Part shown: positions 1 through 9,039 of the stretch, in pieces
Layout of the letters: each line of letters opens with the position of its first letter
Numbering within the stretch: position 1 is the first letter of the stretch
Virus record (IMG/VR): IMGVR_UViG_3300045988_147192
Span: 56,187-88,186 of that record
Direction: 5' to 3' (one strand)
Source: a virus
DNA length: 32,000 nt
Position numbers and translations under genes: made by a program
The notes under the pieces: generated by a model
Seen by the model: only the letters and a program-made list of their open reading frames with translations
Told to the model about the DNA's origin: nothing
Database searches by the model: none

Positions 1-317
1 ATTTTACTTTCTGATTCGCATAATCAGACCTGTACACTTTCTTTCCGCATTCAGAACAATACACACCTGCATTACTATAATTATCTAAAACATTCCATTT
101 ACCATGTTTATAATGTTCCAAACATGAATGACAAATCCATGGATCGTAAATTTTCCTGTCTTTTAATCTCATCCAACCGCATTCTTTTGGACTATACTTA
201 TCTTTCTTAGAATCCAAAACTTTGCCGCATACATGACATCTACATTTATGTCTGCCATTTCTCCATCTTTTACCGTCTATGTTTATGATTTTATTTTCAA
301 TTCTGCAATACAACTTC
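1..317 (-). CDS. Partial zinc-ribbon-like protein (truncated at window edge; start uncertain)
   Basis: Minus-strand open frame reads ...NGRHKCRCHVCGKVLDSKKDKYSPKECGWMRLKDRKIYDPWICHSCLEHYKHGKWNVLDNYSNAGVYCSECGKKVYRSDYANQKVK, with several CxxC pairs. No clear ATG/RBS found. Confidence 0.35.
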
Positions 318-391
318 AAAAAAGATGTTTCTGCTAAAACTAACTACCATATTTTATTCTCCATCAAAATAAACATTAACTGAATAGAACA

Positions 392-679
392 TTATAATCT
401 CCCCTCTTCTAGTAACTTAATTAACCATTTAGAAAATGAATACGTTGAAAATAACATAACAATCGCTAAGATAAAGAACCATTTATGTATCACTGGAATC
501 AGCGCAACAGATATAATAATAGGAATAAAATATACTGATAATGTTATTTTGACCACATTGCCCGTTTTTCTAGCTGCATTCTTAAATGGTTTTGATTCTA
601 TAATCTTATTTAATCTCTCAAGCATAATTCTTCTAACAGATTCCAGCTTCTTCAGCTTCAAATTTTGCGACCGCATCAT
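392..679 (-). CDS. Small predicted membrane protein, 95 aa
   Basis: ORF with hydrophobic stretch ITLSVYFIPIIISVALIPVIHKWFFILAIVMLF. Confidence 0.5.
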   Translation of the reverse strand: MMRSQNLKLKKLESVRRIMLERLNKIIESKPFKNAARKTGNVVKITLSVYFIPIIISVALIPVIHKWFFILAIVMLFSTYSFSKWLIKLLEEGRL

Positions 680-1058
680 ATACGATTTTCTTTACAACAT
701 CTTTATCTTTAAAAATATTTCTATTGGATAACGGCAATGTACCATCGTAACTTTTTAAATAGTTATGTTTAGATCTATTAATATTTGTTTTAATAGGTTT
801 GTTGTCGTATACAATATCAAAAAATTTGATTCCATTTTCACGCATAATAAAATAAATACCGTAATGAACTTTTACATTTTTTAATTCTGCATTTTTGTAA
901 ATATCATATTCTTCTACACGCATATCCAAACAACCGTCATTGTCGTGTAAACAAATATATCTTTCTGCATCTTCACGATTGTCAAACACTTCTTCAATTG
1001 CGTAATCTGAATACGTTCCAGATGTAACAATATATACTTTATTCATTTCGCCCTTCAA
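633..1058 (-). CDS. Hypothetical protein (start probably at MNKVYIVTSG)
   Basis: 141 aa ORF packed between same-strand ORFs. Confidence 0.6.
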   Translation of the reverse strand: MKGEMNKVYIVTSGTYSDYAIEEVFDNREDAERYICLHDNDGCLDMRVEEYDIYKNAELKNVKVHYGIYFIMRENGIKFFDIVYDNKPIKTNINRSKHNYLKSYDGTLPLSNRNIFKDKDVVKKIVYDAVAKFEAEEAGIC

Positions 1059-1668
1059 CCTTTCTTACAAATATTTGATCTTTTTTAATTTCTTCCCATG
1101 TTCTAGGGCAATAATTGATCCAACCCATCATTGCACCAACGTTATAAGCATAAGGAAGGTTTTTGAATTTCTTCACTTCTTTATTCTCTATATTTAATTG
1201 TCTTACTTTATATCTGAGTTTTTCCAGAGAATCCTGATAGATAGTGTCATCGAAATTACCATGTGTATGACCATAAAGAAGAACTGTATCTTTATAACAA
1301 CCATTCCACGAGAAGATAGGATAATGAGAAAGCACAAGTTTTTGATTAATACCATTGTAATTATCAGCAAGTTCAAAATAATCAACCACAGTTTCAAATA
1401 ACTGTTTTACCCTATAATCTTTCAATCCTGACTCATCATGATTTCCGACCACTAAAATTTTTTTAGATTTGAGTCTTGAAATGACAGAACATAAATATTC
1501 ATTATCTTTATTATTGCCACATCTACCAATATCTCCTAAAATGAATGTTGTATCATTATTATTGACAACAGAATTCCAATTCTTCACAAGAATCTCATCA
1601 TGCTCCAATGTACGATGCTCAAAAGAATTCGTACATCCTATGTGTAAATCTGCAATATATCTATACAT
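1039..1668 (-). CDS. Calcineurin-like metallophosphoesterase
   Basis: Motifs IADLHIG, ILGDIGR, VVGNHDE, LSHYP, LYGHTHG match the metallophosphoesterase signature. Confidence 0.93.
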   Translation of the reverse strand: MYRYIADLHIGCTNSFEHRTLEHDEILVKNWNSVVNNNDTTFILGDIGRCGNNKDNEYLCSVISRLKSKKILVVGNHDESGLKDYRVKQLFETVVDYFELADNYNGINQKLVLSHYPIFSWNGCYKDTVLLYGHTHGNFDDTIYQDSLEKLRYKVRQLNIENKEVKKFKNLPYAYNVGAMMGWINYCPRTWEEIKKDQIFVRKVEGRNE

Positions 1669-1961
1669 TACTTTTCTCCATTAATTCTTTGCAGACATGT
1701 ATTAAAACCTGCTGTCCAACCACGATCGAAACTACAAAGATCTTCATCTCCGTTTTCTTCTTTTGGTAGTTCCTTTAATGGACACCATTCTGGTTTATTG
1801 TTACAATAACCATTTTCACAGATAATTTCTTTACATAAACTTTTATCTTCCTCGTCTGCTGTCACAGAACAGCAAGCTTCAATTCCTTCATCTAATTCGA
1901 AACAAAACATACAGTCTAAACATGTTTTAGGTGTATCCATTATTAATACTGATTTATCCAT
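1668..1961 (-). CDS. Cysteine-rich hypothetical protein
   Basis: 97 aa ORF with CLDCMFC and several further cysteines; overlaps the next gene's start. Confidence 0.6.
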   Translation of the reverse strand: MDKSVLIMDTPKTCLDCMFCFELDEGIEACCSVTADEEDKSLCKEIICENGYCNNKPEWCPLKELPKEENGDEDLCSFDRGWTAGFNTCLQRINGEK

Positions 1962-1974
1962 ATTATGTTCTCCC

Positions 1975-2604
1975 TCAATTCAATAATTCTTTGTCAATAA
2001 TCTGAAAGTTAGCTCTATGAATATAAAGTGCTTTTCCGTCAATCATTAATTTTGTCGTTTTCGGCAGATCTTCGCATACCTCATAATACACACTATCGCC
2101 AGAATAAGCACAGATTGGATCACCAAGCTGAGACTGGATGACGACTACACGAGCCTTACCAAAATAATTCTTAAATCTATTGACAACGCTTGCAATAATA
2201 ACATTCTCTCCAAGACTACCATCAGTTTTACTATTAATTACTTCTGGACTTTGAAAATCCACATCAGGATTTAGTCCTTTTTCTGCAAAGATCATTGTAG
2301 TACCGCAGTTTTCCACTTCCTTGCCATCAATTGTGACCGTAACTACGCTGGACAATTTTTTCGTATAACCCCAACTGCCATCTGAATACGTTTCTTCTTC
2401 TACAATATTGGAATCCAGGTCAATTTTCTGTCCACTCATATCCATGAACTTTTCACCTTCATTCGTATAAAATGAAGCATTATATGTATTACCCGTAATA
2501 GACCCATTGAGATCGTTTACTTCGCTATTCAACCCTTCACATCCAGTAAGACATGATACCGTAAGTGCTGCCATTAGAATTCCTGCTACTAATTTTTTCT
2601 TCAT
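1975..2604 (-). CDS. Predicted lipoprotein, 209 aa
   Basis: N-terminal signal with lipobox: MKKKLVAGILMAALTVSCLTGCEG. Confidence 0.75.
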   Translation of the reverse strand: MKKKLVAGILMAALTVSCLTGCEGLNSEVNDLNGSITGNTYNASFYTNEGEKFMDMSGQKIDLDSNIVEEETYSDGSWGYTKKLSSVVTVTIDGKEVENCGTTMIFAEKGLNPDVDFQSPEVINSKTDGSLGENVIIASVVNRFKNYFGKARVVVIQSQLGDPICAYSGDSVYYEVCEDLPKTTKLMIDGKALYIHRANFQIIDKELLN

Positions 2605-2711
2605 ATGTATTTTCTCCTTTATTTTTTATAAATGTCACCCGTAGCTATGACACCACGGATGACAAAATATTATTCTCCAATACTTACGATAGGAGTATTA
2701 CTTCCCTGTAC

Positions 2712-2852
2712 CTGCAGAACATCGCCGCTCCACTTTTCAATCTTCTGCTTTTCGATAAGCTCTGGAGTAAGAGATTCTGCAATCTTTTTATTCGCTTCGT
2801 CTCTCCTTCGTTCTTTTGTTCTGTCGTTCCGTTACTACTTTTTCCATGGTAA
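2712..2852 (-). pseudogene. Possible remnant of the C-terminus of a prohibitin/SPFH (band 7) family protein
   Basis: One minus frame reads RRDEANKKIAESLTPELIEKQKIEKWSGDVLQVQGSNTPIVSIGE*, resembling SPFH/prohibitin C-termini. No N-terminal domain in frame; the adjacent ATG frame (MEKVVTERQNKRTKERRSE*) stops early. Confidence 0.35.
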
Positions 2853-2927
2853 AAGCGTGTACATTCTAAAGTACCGTTTTCTGAAAACTGGTAAAAAAGA
2901 GTACATCAGCTGCACCCGTTTTAACAG

Positions 2928-2963
2928 TATAAGTAGTAAATAATATATAAGTAGTAGATAATA
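2928..2963. repeat. Tandem 18-bp repeat, 2 copies
   Basis: tataagtagtaaataata (2928-2945) followed directly by tataagtagtagataata (2946-2963), 17/18 identical. Confidence 0.85.
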
Positions 2964-2966
2964 TAT

Positions 2967-2984
2967 TTCACTCTTACGAGTGAA
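2967..2984. other. Inverted repeat/hairpin
   Basis: TTCACTC-TTAC-GAGTGAA, 7-bp perfect stem; plus-strand side followed by a T-rich stretch. Confidence 0.6.
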
Positions 2985-2997
2985 GGATTTTTATCTT

Positions 2998-3276
2998 TTA
3001 CTCTTTATTCTTTTTAATCCATTCGTTAAAACTTAAATCATACATATTATTCATCCTGTATCCATTCTTGAGATAATCCAATAAATCTTCAATGAATTGT
3101 GCTATTCCTCCAAGAGTACTAACCTTGTATTTATAGTTTCCTACACAGAATCCAATATATTCTAATGCTTTGTTGTACCCATATTTTCTCTGGTTATAAA
3201 TTAGTTCGTGATATTCGTCTTCTGTAAAAGTATAAGTCTTGATTGTTTGAGTAACTTTTTCTTCTTTGATTTCCAC
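2998..3276 (-). CDS. Hypothetical protein, 92 aa
   Basis: ORF in a same-strand gene array. Confidence 0.6.
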   Translation of the reverse strand: MEIKEEKVTQTIKTYTFTEDEYHELIYNQRKYGYNKALEYIGFCVGNYKYKVSTLGGIAQFIEDLLDYLKNGYRMNNMYDLSFNEWIKKNKE

Positions 3277-3294
3277 GCTGCATCCTTCCTCAAT

Positions 3295-3666
3295 TTAATA
3301 CGCATAGTCATAAGATAAATAGTATCCTTGATCAGATAGCTTTTTAAACCATTCAATGCGAAATCTCATATTAACCTTATCTATCTCGCTTCCATCTAAA
3401 ATTCTCTGGCAAATCTCAGTCATTTCTTTTGGATCAATCAAATGTAAGTCCTGATCTTCTGATTCGAGCCATTCTCCTTGTATAGCAGGTATTCTCTTTC
3501 CACTATATTTTTCGATCAAATCTTGTACCAAGCCAATATTATATCCAGAATGTGATGTGCTGCCTCCACCAATATATTCGATGTCTGAATCATCATAGTC
3601 AAACATCGTGGTTCCTTTATGGATATGTATTTTATATGATTTGAACCAATTAAATCCTGTTGACAT
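3295..3666 (-). CDS. Hypothetical protein, 123 aa
   Basis: ORF in a same-strand gene array. Confidence 0.6.
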   Translation of the reverse strand: MSTGFNWFKSYKIHIHKGTTMFDYDDSDIEYIGGGSTSHSGYNIGLVQDLIEKYSGKRIPAIQGEWLESEDQDLHLIDPKEMTEICQRILDGSEIDKVNMRFRIEWFKKLSDQGYYLSYDYAY

Positions 3667-3714
3667 ATCATTCTCCTTATTTACGTTTACACGACAAACC
3701 AGGCTACTATTAGA

Positions 3715-4224
3715 TTAGTCTTTCTCTAATACTTCTTTAGGACAATACACAATCTGTTTACCAGCCTTTTGCGCTTTGCGAATCGTAGACCATACACCAC
3801 CAGATTTTTTACCATCCCAAATTGCCAACAATACATCACAGTGGTCAACCATATATTGATCTCTTGCATTGTCGCAACCTTTGTAAAATTCATCGGATAA
3901 TTCAATCCATTCGTCTGCATATTTTTTCATGTCATCATATAATGCATGTGACGAATTATAATCTTTACATGGTAGAACACAATGCAATCGCAACGGAATG
4001 ATTTCGTACACCTTTACTAACATAGCTACTGTTCCAAATGCAAAATCGCTTCCTGAAGCCATACCACAATAGATATCTAAATTCTCTCTCTCCAAATAAC
4101 AAACTTCATTCATTTTAAAGAGCTGTTTTACAATCCATTCTTCAATCTTTTCCCAAGCATCATCCGCTTCGTTTTCTGGGAGTCCAAGTCTTTTAGGTCT
4201 ATGTCCTGTTAATGTTACTCTCAT
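3715..4224 (-). CDS. SLOG/YspA-YpsA-like Rossmann-fold protein
   Basis: TGHRPKRLG N-terminal motif, YCGMASGSDFAFG, DVLLAIWDGKKSGGVWSTIRKAQKAGKQI, typical of DUF1273/SLOG proteins. Confidence 0.75.
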   Translation of the reverse strand: MRVTLTGHRPKRLGLPENEADDAWEKIEEWIVKQLFKMNEVCYLERENLDIYCGMASGSDFAFGTVAMLVKVYEIIPLRLHCVLPCKDYNSSHALYDDMKKYADEWIELSDEFYKGCDNARDQYMVDHCDVLLAIWDGKKSGGVWSTIRKAQKAGKQIVYCPKEVLEKD

Positions 4225-4862
4225 ACTGTTTCTCCAATTTTTCTATATTCTGTATATACTTTATTTTCACAATAATAAAGATTGTAGTCGTTCTGTTCAA
4301 TATACCACCATAATTTCTGATGTCCCGATCTCAGATAATTTCTGCAGTAATCTGTCTCCTGATAATGATTATCTACCATCTGGCGAAAGCTTAACTCGTC
4401 AATATTATCTGAATTATAACAGTAAACAGCAATTTTATTGATTAGATCTTCTGTAAAATCTTTCGTTACTACGAAGACAACTCTAATAATTTCATTGCCG
4501 ATTCTTTTGATGGAATGGAGCTGTTTGAGACTATGCAGATGATACACTACTCTGTCGAAGTGATCATATGGAACATTGCTTAAATTAGGAATACTTGTAT
4601 GTAATTCGATTTTTACCCTTAGTGCGTTAACAATATCAAAAAATTTGTTATACCAATCTTTATGGTTTTCATAATCCCAAATTGGATCTCCTCCACCCGA
4701 CAAAGAAACCCAATTGCAATTATTCCTCTTAATCTCATCTGCTAAGGAATCAATCCCTTCCAATGTACTTTTAGGAATCTGCAGATTATTATTCTTGACA
4801 ATACAATATGGACACGCATAGTGGCAGCCAAAGTTTGTAATCACACTCAAATATTTATCCAT
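4221..4862 (-). CDS. Radical SAM domain protein
   Basis: CHYACPYC (CxxxCxxC 4Fe-4S cluster motif), downstream SLSGGGDP motif. Confidence 0.88.
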   Translation of the reverse strand: MDKYLSVITNFGCHYACPYCIVKNNNLQIPKSTLEGIDSLADEIKRNNCNWVSLSGGGDPIWDYENHKDWYNKFFDIVNALRVKIELHTSIPNLSNVPYDHFDRVVYHLHSLKQLHSIKRIGNEIIRVVFVVTKDFTEDLINKIAVYCYNSDNIDELSFRQMVDNHYQETDYCRNYLRSGHQKLWWYIEQNDYNLYYCENKVYTEYRKIGETV

Positions 4863-4896
4863 CTCTGCCTCCTGTTGAAAACAACATTCTATCGGA

Positions 4897-5373
4897 TTAT
4901 TTTCGATCTTCCAACGGAATAACCATGTCTATATTCTTTAGAATTTGCATGATATTCCAAGGTTTTCCAGTGAATTCCTTGTCTACATCAATAAATCTTT
5001 CTACTAAATCTCTAATTGGAACTGTTTTATTTTCGTCAAGCATTTTCTTTTCGTAATACATATCACTTTCAGTGTTTTTGTATAATCCAGTTAATGCCAA
5101 ATAATCAATAATTTCTTTGTTTGTCATAGGCTCTTTATTTTCGTCGTCTTCTGTACTATTTTCATCTTCATTTATTTTTTCGATAAAATTTTGATACTTT
5201 TGAGCGATACCAAAGCATCTATTGCTTAATATGTTTGTTTCATTAAGGTGAGGCTTATATCCATTCTGCTCAAGATCCATAAGGATTTTATTCTGATTTC
5301 GTAATACTCTGCTTAATGATTCAAACAATGTTTGTATTTCGTATTCTTCTAAATTTTCCATGCTTGTACTCAT
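4897..5373 (-). CDS. Hypothetical protein, 158 aa
   Basis: ORF in a same-strand gene array. Confidence 0.6.
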   Translation of the reverse strand: MSTSMENLEEYEIQTLFESLSRVLRNQNKILMDLEQNGYKPHLNETNILSNRCFGIAQKYQNFIEKINEDENSTEDDENKEPMTNKEIIDYLALTGLYKNTESDMYYEKKMLDENKTVPIRDLVERFIDVDKEFTGKPWNIMQILKNIDMVIPLEDRK

Positions 5374-5375
5374 AT

Positions 5376-5576
5376 TTATGCTCCTGTATTTGCAATCAAT
5401 ACGACCTGTTCTTGATCTAAATTTATTTTCTGCACCACAACGTCCGTAGCTTTTCGAAAATCATCAGAACTCCATCTTGCTTTTCTTTCTGCATGTTTTT
5501 CGTCTTCTGCTACAACAACCATAGCGTAATCCTGACACCAGCTTTTTCGCTTAATACTTACTAGATATACATTCAA
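5376..5576 (-). CDS. Hypothetical protein, 66 aa
   Basis: Overlaps/abuts neighbouring ORFs. Confidence 0.55.
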   Translation of the reverse strand: MNVYLVSIKRKSWCQDYAMVVVAEDEKHAERKARWSSDDFRKATDVVVQKINLDQEQVVLIANTGA

Positions 5577-6088
5577 AGTTTATATCCCCTTTCTTTACGA
5601 TCAAAGATACGCTTTTGTTCACAACTTCCGTTTGGATATCTTGCAGGATTTTCTACCGTTTTCATACATCTGCAAAAATATTTACATGTATCACATTCGC
5701 AATTTTTATCGAACTTATGTTTTTTGTAATAATTATTACCCCAATTGTTCTCGTTTAAAGGCAAACTCAATTCTTTAGAATATAAGCGATCAAATTTTTC
5801 CATAAATTCATCAACTTCTTTTCTAAATTCAGTTCTATGCGTATAATAATAATAGATATAATTGTCATCGTCCAAGATATCTGGCACCCAATGAGGGGAT
5901 GACAATTTGTATTTACTTAGAACTTCAATGCCACAATTTATTCTAGTTTTGTCATTCAGTGACATTTTTTTCCCTCTCATATACCTCTCAATTGCTTCTT
6001 CATTAACACCAACTATTTTCATGAATTGATCTATATCAATATTTTTGTCCCTTAAATATCCAGGCAAACTATTATACATGTCCATCAT
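5573..6088 (-). CDS. Hypothetical protein with N-terminal HTH-like region and Cys cluster
   Basis: KNIDIDQFMKIVGVNEEAIERYMRGKKMSL looks like an XRE-type helix-turn-helix; CECDTCKYFCRC cluster. Confidence 0.55.
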   Translation of the reverse strand: MMDMYNSLPGYLRDKNIDIDQFMKIVGVNEEAIERYMRGKKMSLNDKTRINCGIEVLSKYKLSSPHWVPDILDDDNYIYYYYTHRTEFRKEVDEFMEKFDRLYSKELSLPLNENNWGNNYYKKHKFDKNCECDTCKYFCRCMKTVENPARYPNGSCEQKRIFDRKERGYKL

Positions 6089-6103
6089 AAAACCCTCCTT
6101 GTC

Positions 6104-6352
6104 TTAAACAAATGCTATAACAACTTTTCGAGCCACAATATTTTCAAACGCTTGCGGAAACATTGATTTGCCATAGATGCTGTTTAGAAATTGATTTAAT
6201 GACTTTGAATCTTTAAATTTATGACATGTTCTAAATTCATCCATGAAATACAGCGTTCCTACAGAGTCATTTCTTGTATGCAAGAATTCTCCATCTTTAT
6301 TTTGTAATACAAAATACTGTTCTCTAATTTCCATCTTCTTGCTAACCTTCAC
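6104..6352 (-). CDS. Hypothetical protein, 82 aa
   Basis: ORF in a same-strand gene array. Confidence 0.55.
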   Translation of the reverse strand: MKVSKKMEIREQYFVLQNKDGEFLHTRNDSVGTLYFMDEFRTCHKFKDSKSLNQFLNSIYGKSMFPQAFENIVARKVVIAFV

Positions 6353-6354
6353 CT

Positions 6355-7050
6355 CTATCTATATTTTCTCTTATCTTTCTTTTCTCTGGTACGAAGGATA
6401 AATTTCTTATAATCTTCATAGGATGCAAACTGAATATATTTTCCTTCCATAACATCAAAACACTTACTCTCGTGTGCAAGTTCGTATTCATTAGAAGAAA
6501 TCATAATATATAATTCGATGCCAAATTCTTTTGCGTCCTTAATAACAAGATCAAAAAAATCCTTCATCTCAATTACATTATCAATTGAATAGCCAGAGTC
6601 CATTGCATCAAGTAGAATCCAGCGTTCGTTCGATACGTTATTCTCTTCGTTATCATCTTTTAACGCGAGCGTCTTTGCCAACGCATTGAATCTATCTCCA
6701 TTATCACCAGTTTCAACAAATTTTCTTAACTTTGATGCAATCTTAGAAAGATTTAAAGAAATATTTTCCCCTTCAGAAGAACACAATGCTGTAGCCGTAA
6801 AAGAAAGATTTCCATAAAATATACTTTCACTAATAGAATTATTCCCACCGTCTTTTTCATTATCATAATAAAATACTGGTATATCTTCTTTTTTAAGCTC
6901 AGATTTAATATTATGTAGAAGTGTTGTCTTGCCAGATCCGTTACAGCCAACCAGGACTGTTAATCCTTGTTGAATCTCAATCTGCTTTTTACGACATGTT
7001 GAAAATCCTGCGTCATATGGATCACGCCATGTTTTGATTATTCTGCTCAT
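6355..7050 (-). CDS. AAA/ABC-type ATPase (small, SMC/RecF-like nucleotide-binding domain)
   Basis: Walker A GCNGSGKTT; RWILLDAMDSG Walker B-like motif. Confidence 0.8.
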   Translation of the reverse strand: MSRIIKTWRDPYDAGFSTCRKKQIEIQQGLTVLVGCNGSGKTTLLHNIKSELKKEDIPVFYYDNEKDGGNNSISESIFYGNLSFTATALCSSEGENISLNLSKIASKLRKFVETGDNGDRFNALAKTLALKDDNEENNVSNERWILLDAMDSGYSIDNVIEMKDFFDLVIKDAKEFGIELYIMISSNEYELAHESKCFDVMEGKYIQFASYEDYKKFILRTREKKDKRKYR

Positions 7051-7062
7051 TTACATTCCTCT

Positions 7063-7374
7063 CTATTCAAAAATACAAATTATACCATTATTATCGACAC
7101 CTGCAGTCTCATCAAAATAAATATAGGGCCATGTAATCCCTGAAATAACGTCAAAATTCATATCATGTGTAGCAATTTCTTTATCACCATATTTCTCCAT
7201 CGCTTTCTGTAGCAGTTCGATAAAGTCCGAAATTTTATATACATTGTCTTTATCGAATGTCAATGCTTTTGTTATATGTTTATCAAGACATTCGAAATCT
7301 TCCTCGATGATCTTATTCATCCATATCTCCTCTACAAATTTTATTAGCTTTTTCTTTGCCGTACACAACTTCAT
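7063..7374 (-). CDS. Hypothetical protein (start likely at internal Met, ~7320)
   Basis: GAGGAG ribosome-binding-like sequence precedes ATG at 7320; avoids the long overlap with the upstream ORF. Confidence 0.55.
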   Translation of the reverse strand: MKLCTAKKKLIKFVEEIWMNKIIEEDFECLDKHITKALTFDKDNVYKISDFIELLQKAMEKYGDKEIATHDMNFDVISGITWPYIYFDETAGVDNNGIICIFE

Positions 7375-7591
7375 CTGCCAGTTTTCGAGAAATACGGCTA
7401 ACCTGCTTTAATCCCTCTCTGATAATCGTTCCGCTTGGCTGCTGATGATCTTTGATAAATCCGATCCACTGATCTTCGTTTAGAATGTTTCTTTCACTTT
7501 CATATACTACTGCATAGCCTAGTTCCCGTTTTGCAAGGCAAAGTGTGTTGATCATGCAGTCGATATCATCTAATACATCTTTAATCGGCAT
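7313..7591 (-). CDS. Hypothetical protein, 92 aa
   Basis: ORF with GERN-like helical content, same-strand array. Confidence 0.5.
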   Translation of the reverse strand: MPIKDVLDDIDCMINTLCLAKRELGYAVVYESERNILNEDQWIGFIKDHQQPSGTIIREGLKQVSRISRKLADEVVYGKEKANKICRGDMDE

Positions 7592-7756
7592 TGGTTTTTG
7601 TCCTCTCTTTATGTAAATAGTTATATGTTTCTATGTAAGATTATTCTCCTATGATCCGTTTATAAAAAGCGTTCTACAATTTATATTCTTAATAGGTTAG
7701 AATTGATTGTAGAACGCTCATGATGGTGAATTGTTGTGGTTATTTTAGAATGCAAA

Positions 7757-8515
7757 TCAGTCTAAATATGATTTCAGACCACTTTCAAAATATGGAATTG
7801 GTCTTCTCTTGAATCTGTATTTTTCAACCCTTGCATCGATAATAGCTTTTACTGCAGCATCATCAATTTCACCTGTTCTTGCATACCGATCGAATACAGA
7901 ATATTTAAATCCAAGAGCGCTTTCATCAGAAGATCCACATAATCCGTCTGACGGCGTTTTGTCAACCATCTTTTTCAGTAGAATCGTCTCATATCCAATA
8001 GCTTTTACTTCCTGTACTGTGAAATCCTTTAATGGTGCAAAGTCTCCTACTGCATCGCCCCAGCGAGTTTCCCAAGATAAGAGTGTTTCCGAAAGATTGC
8101 ATGTATTAGCAACTCGTCCATTCATACTCTGTGAAATTGCATAAAGTGTTGCCATTCTGATTCGAGGAGGCAGATTAATTGATGTCTGTTTTGACCAATG
8201 ATCACCAATTTGTGGTCTGATTTCGTGCTTTAGCGCAAGAATTGCTGGATGAATATCTACAGTACAGTATTCAATACCTAAATGTTTAGCAACTTCATAG
8301 GCATCTTCAATATCTGTCTGTTCTCCGTCTGGCATGAGCACACCTAAAACTCTATTCTTTCCAAGAGCTTCCACACAGAGAGCCGCAACAATGCTTGAAT
8401 CTTTACCCCCTGAAAGACCTACTGTGGCAATACAATCTTTCCCATTCTGCTCAAAGAACATTTTAATCCACTCGACAATCTTATTTTTTGTTTCTTTTGC
8501 ATCAAAAGTATACAT
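7757..8515 (-). CDS. nadE: NAD+ synthetase, ammonia-dependent type (no glutaminase domain)
   Basis: GLSGGKDSSIVAALCVEALG ATP-pyrophosphatase motif; LPPRIRMATLYAISQ; GRVANTCNLSETLLSWETRWGDAVGDFAPLKDFTVQEV; KTPSDGLCGSSDESALGFKY. ATG at 8515 has GAGGAG 7-8 nt upstream; the ORF track starts earlier at 8551. Confidence 0.93.
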   Translation of the reverse strand: MYTFDAKETKNKIVEWIKMFFEQNGKDCIATVGLSGGKDSSIVAALCVEALGKNRVLGVLMPDGEQTDIEDAYEVAKHLGIEYCTVDIHPAILALKHEIRPQIGDHWSKQTSINLPPRIRMATLYAISQSMNGRVANTCNLSETLLSWETRWGDAVGDFAPLKDFTVQEVKAIGYETILLKKMVDKTPSDGLCGSSDESALGFKYSVFDRYARTGEIDDAAVKAIIDARVEKYRFKRRPIPYFESGLKSYLD

Positions 8516-8532
8516 ATCTATTCTCCTCTCCT

Positions 8533-9039
8533 TTACTGATTTAATTTCCACAGTTCAACATGAGTATCAAGTTCATTAAAAATCTTCTGTATCATTGAAT
8601 ATACTTCGTCCCAATCTGCTCCACCACGATCACAGCCGATCTTATATGGCATAGCAATTGTTGCACTAAAATTATTGTTCTTTTCATGTGCTTTCCAACA
8701 CATAGTTCTAAAACACTTTTCTAATGCTTCCAGAGAAGTATATTGTTTTCCGTCATATCCATAGTTATCTTGTGCAAAGAAATTACAAATCCACTGTTCA
8801 TTACTTGGAATCGCAATCGATCCACAGTCGTATCCAATATACTTTGGCTTGACTGGTATAATTTGTACTTTCCCCAGCATATCCGATGATGCTACCTTTT
8901 TATATTCTTCGTATACATGTGGAAATCGCTGTCTGACCTGCAAAGCCACGCCAGATCCCATCTTTCCCATACAATTTACCTGATGACAAATAAATTTTGC
9001 ATCCGTATCAAATAAATTTCCTTCGATAATTTCAATCAT
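8533..9039 (-). CDS. Macrodomain protein, ADP-ribose-1''-phosphatase (Poa1p)/TARG1-like
   Basis: EGNLFDTDAKFICHQVNCMGKMGSGVALQVRQRFPHVYEEY and PYKIGCDRGGADWDEV. ATG at 9039 preceded by GGAG; ORF track start is 9051. Confidence 0.88.
   Translation of the reverse strand: MIEIIEGNLFDTDAKFICHQVNCMGKMGSGVALQVRQRFPHVYEEYKKVASSDMLGKVQIIPVKPKYIGYDCGSIAIPSNEQWICNFFAQDNYGYDGKQYTSLEALEKCFRTMCWKAHEKNNNFSATIAMPYKIGCDRGGADWDEVYSMIQKIFNELDTHVELWKLNQ

Noticed and set aside
2632-2943. 103-aa plus-strand ORF
   Set aside because: Crosses the repeats and is antisense to the SPFH-like fragment; serine/phenylalanine-rich composition without motifs.
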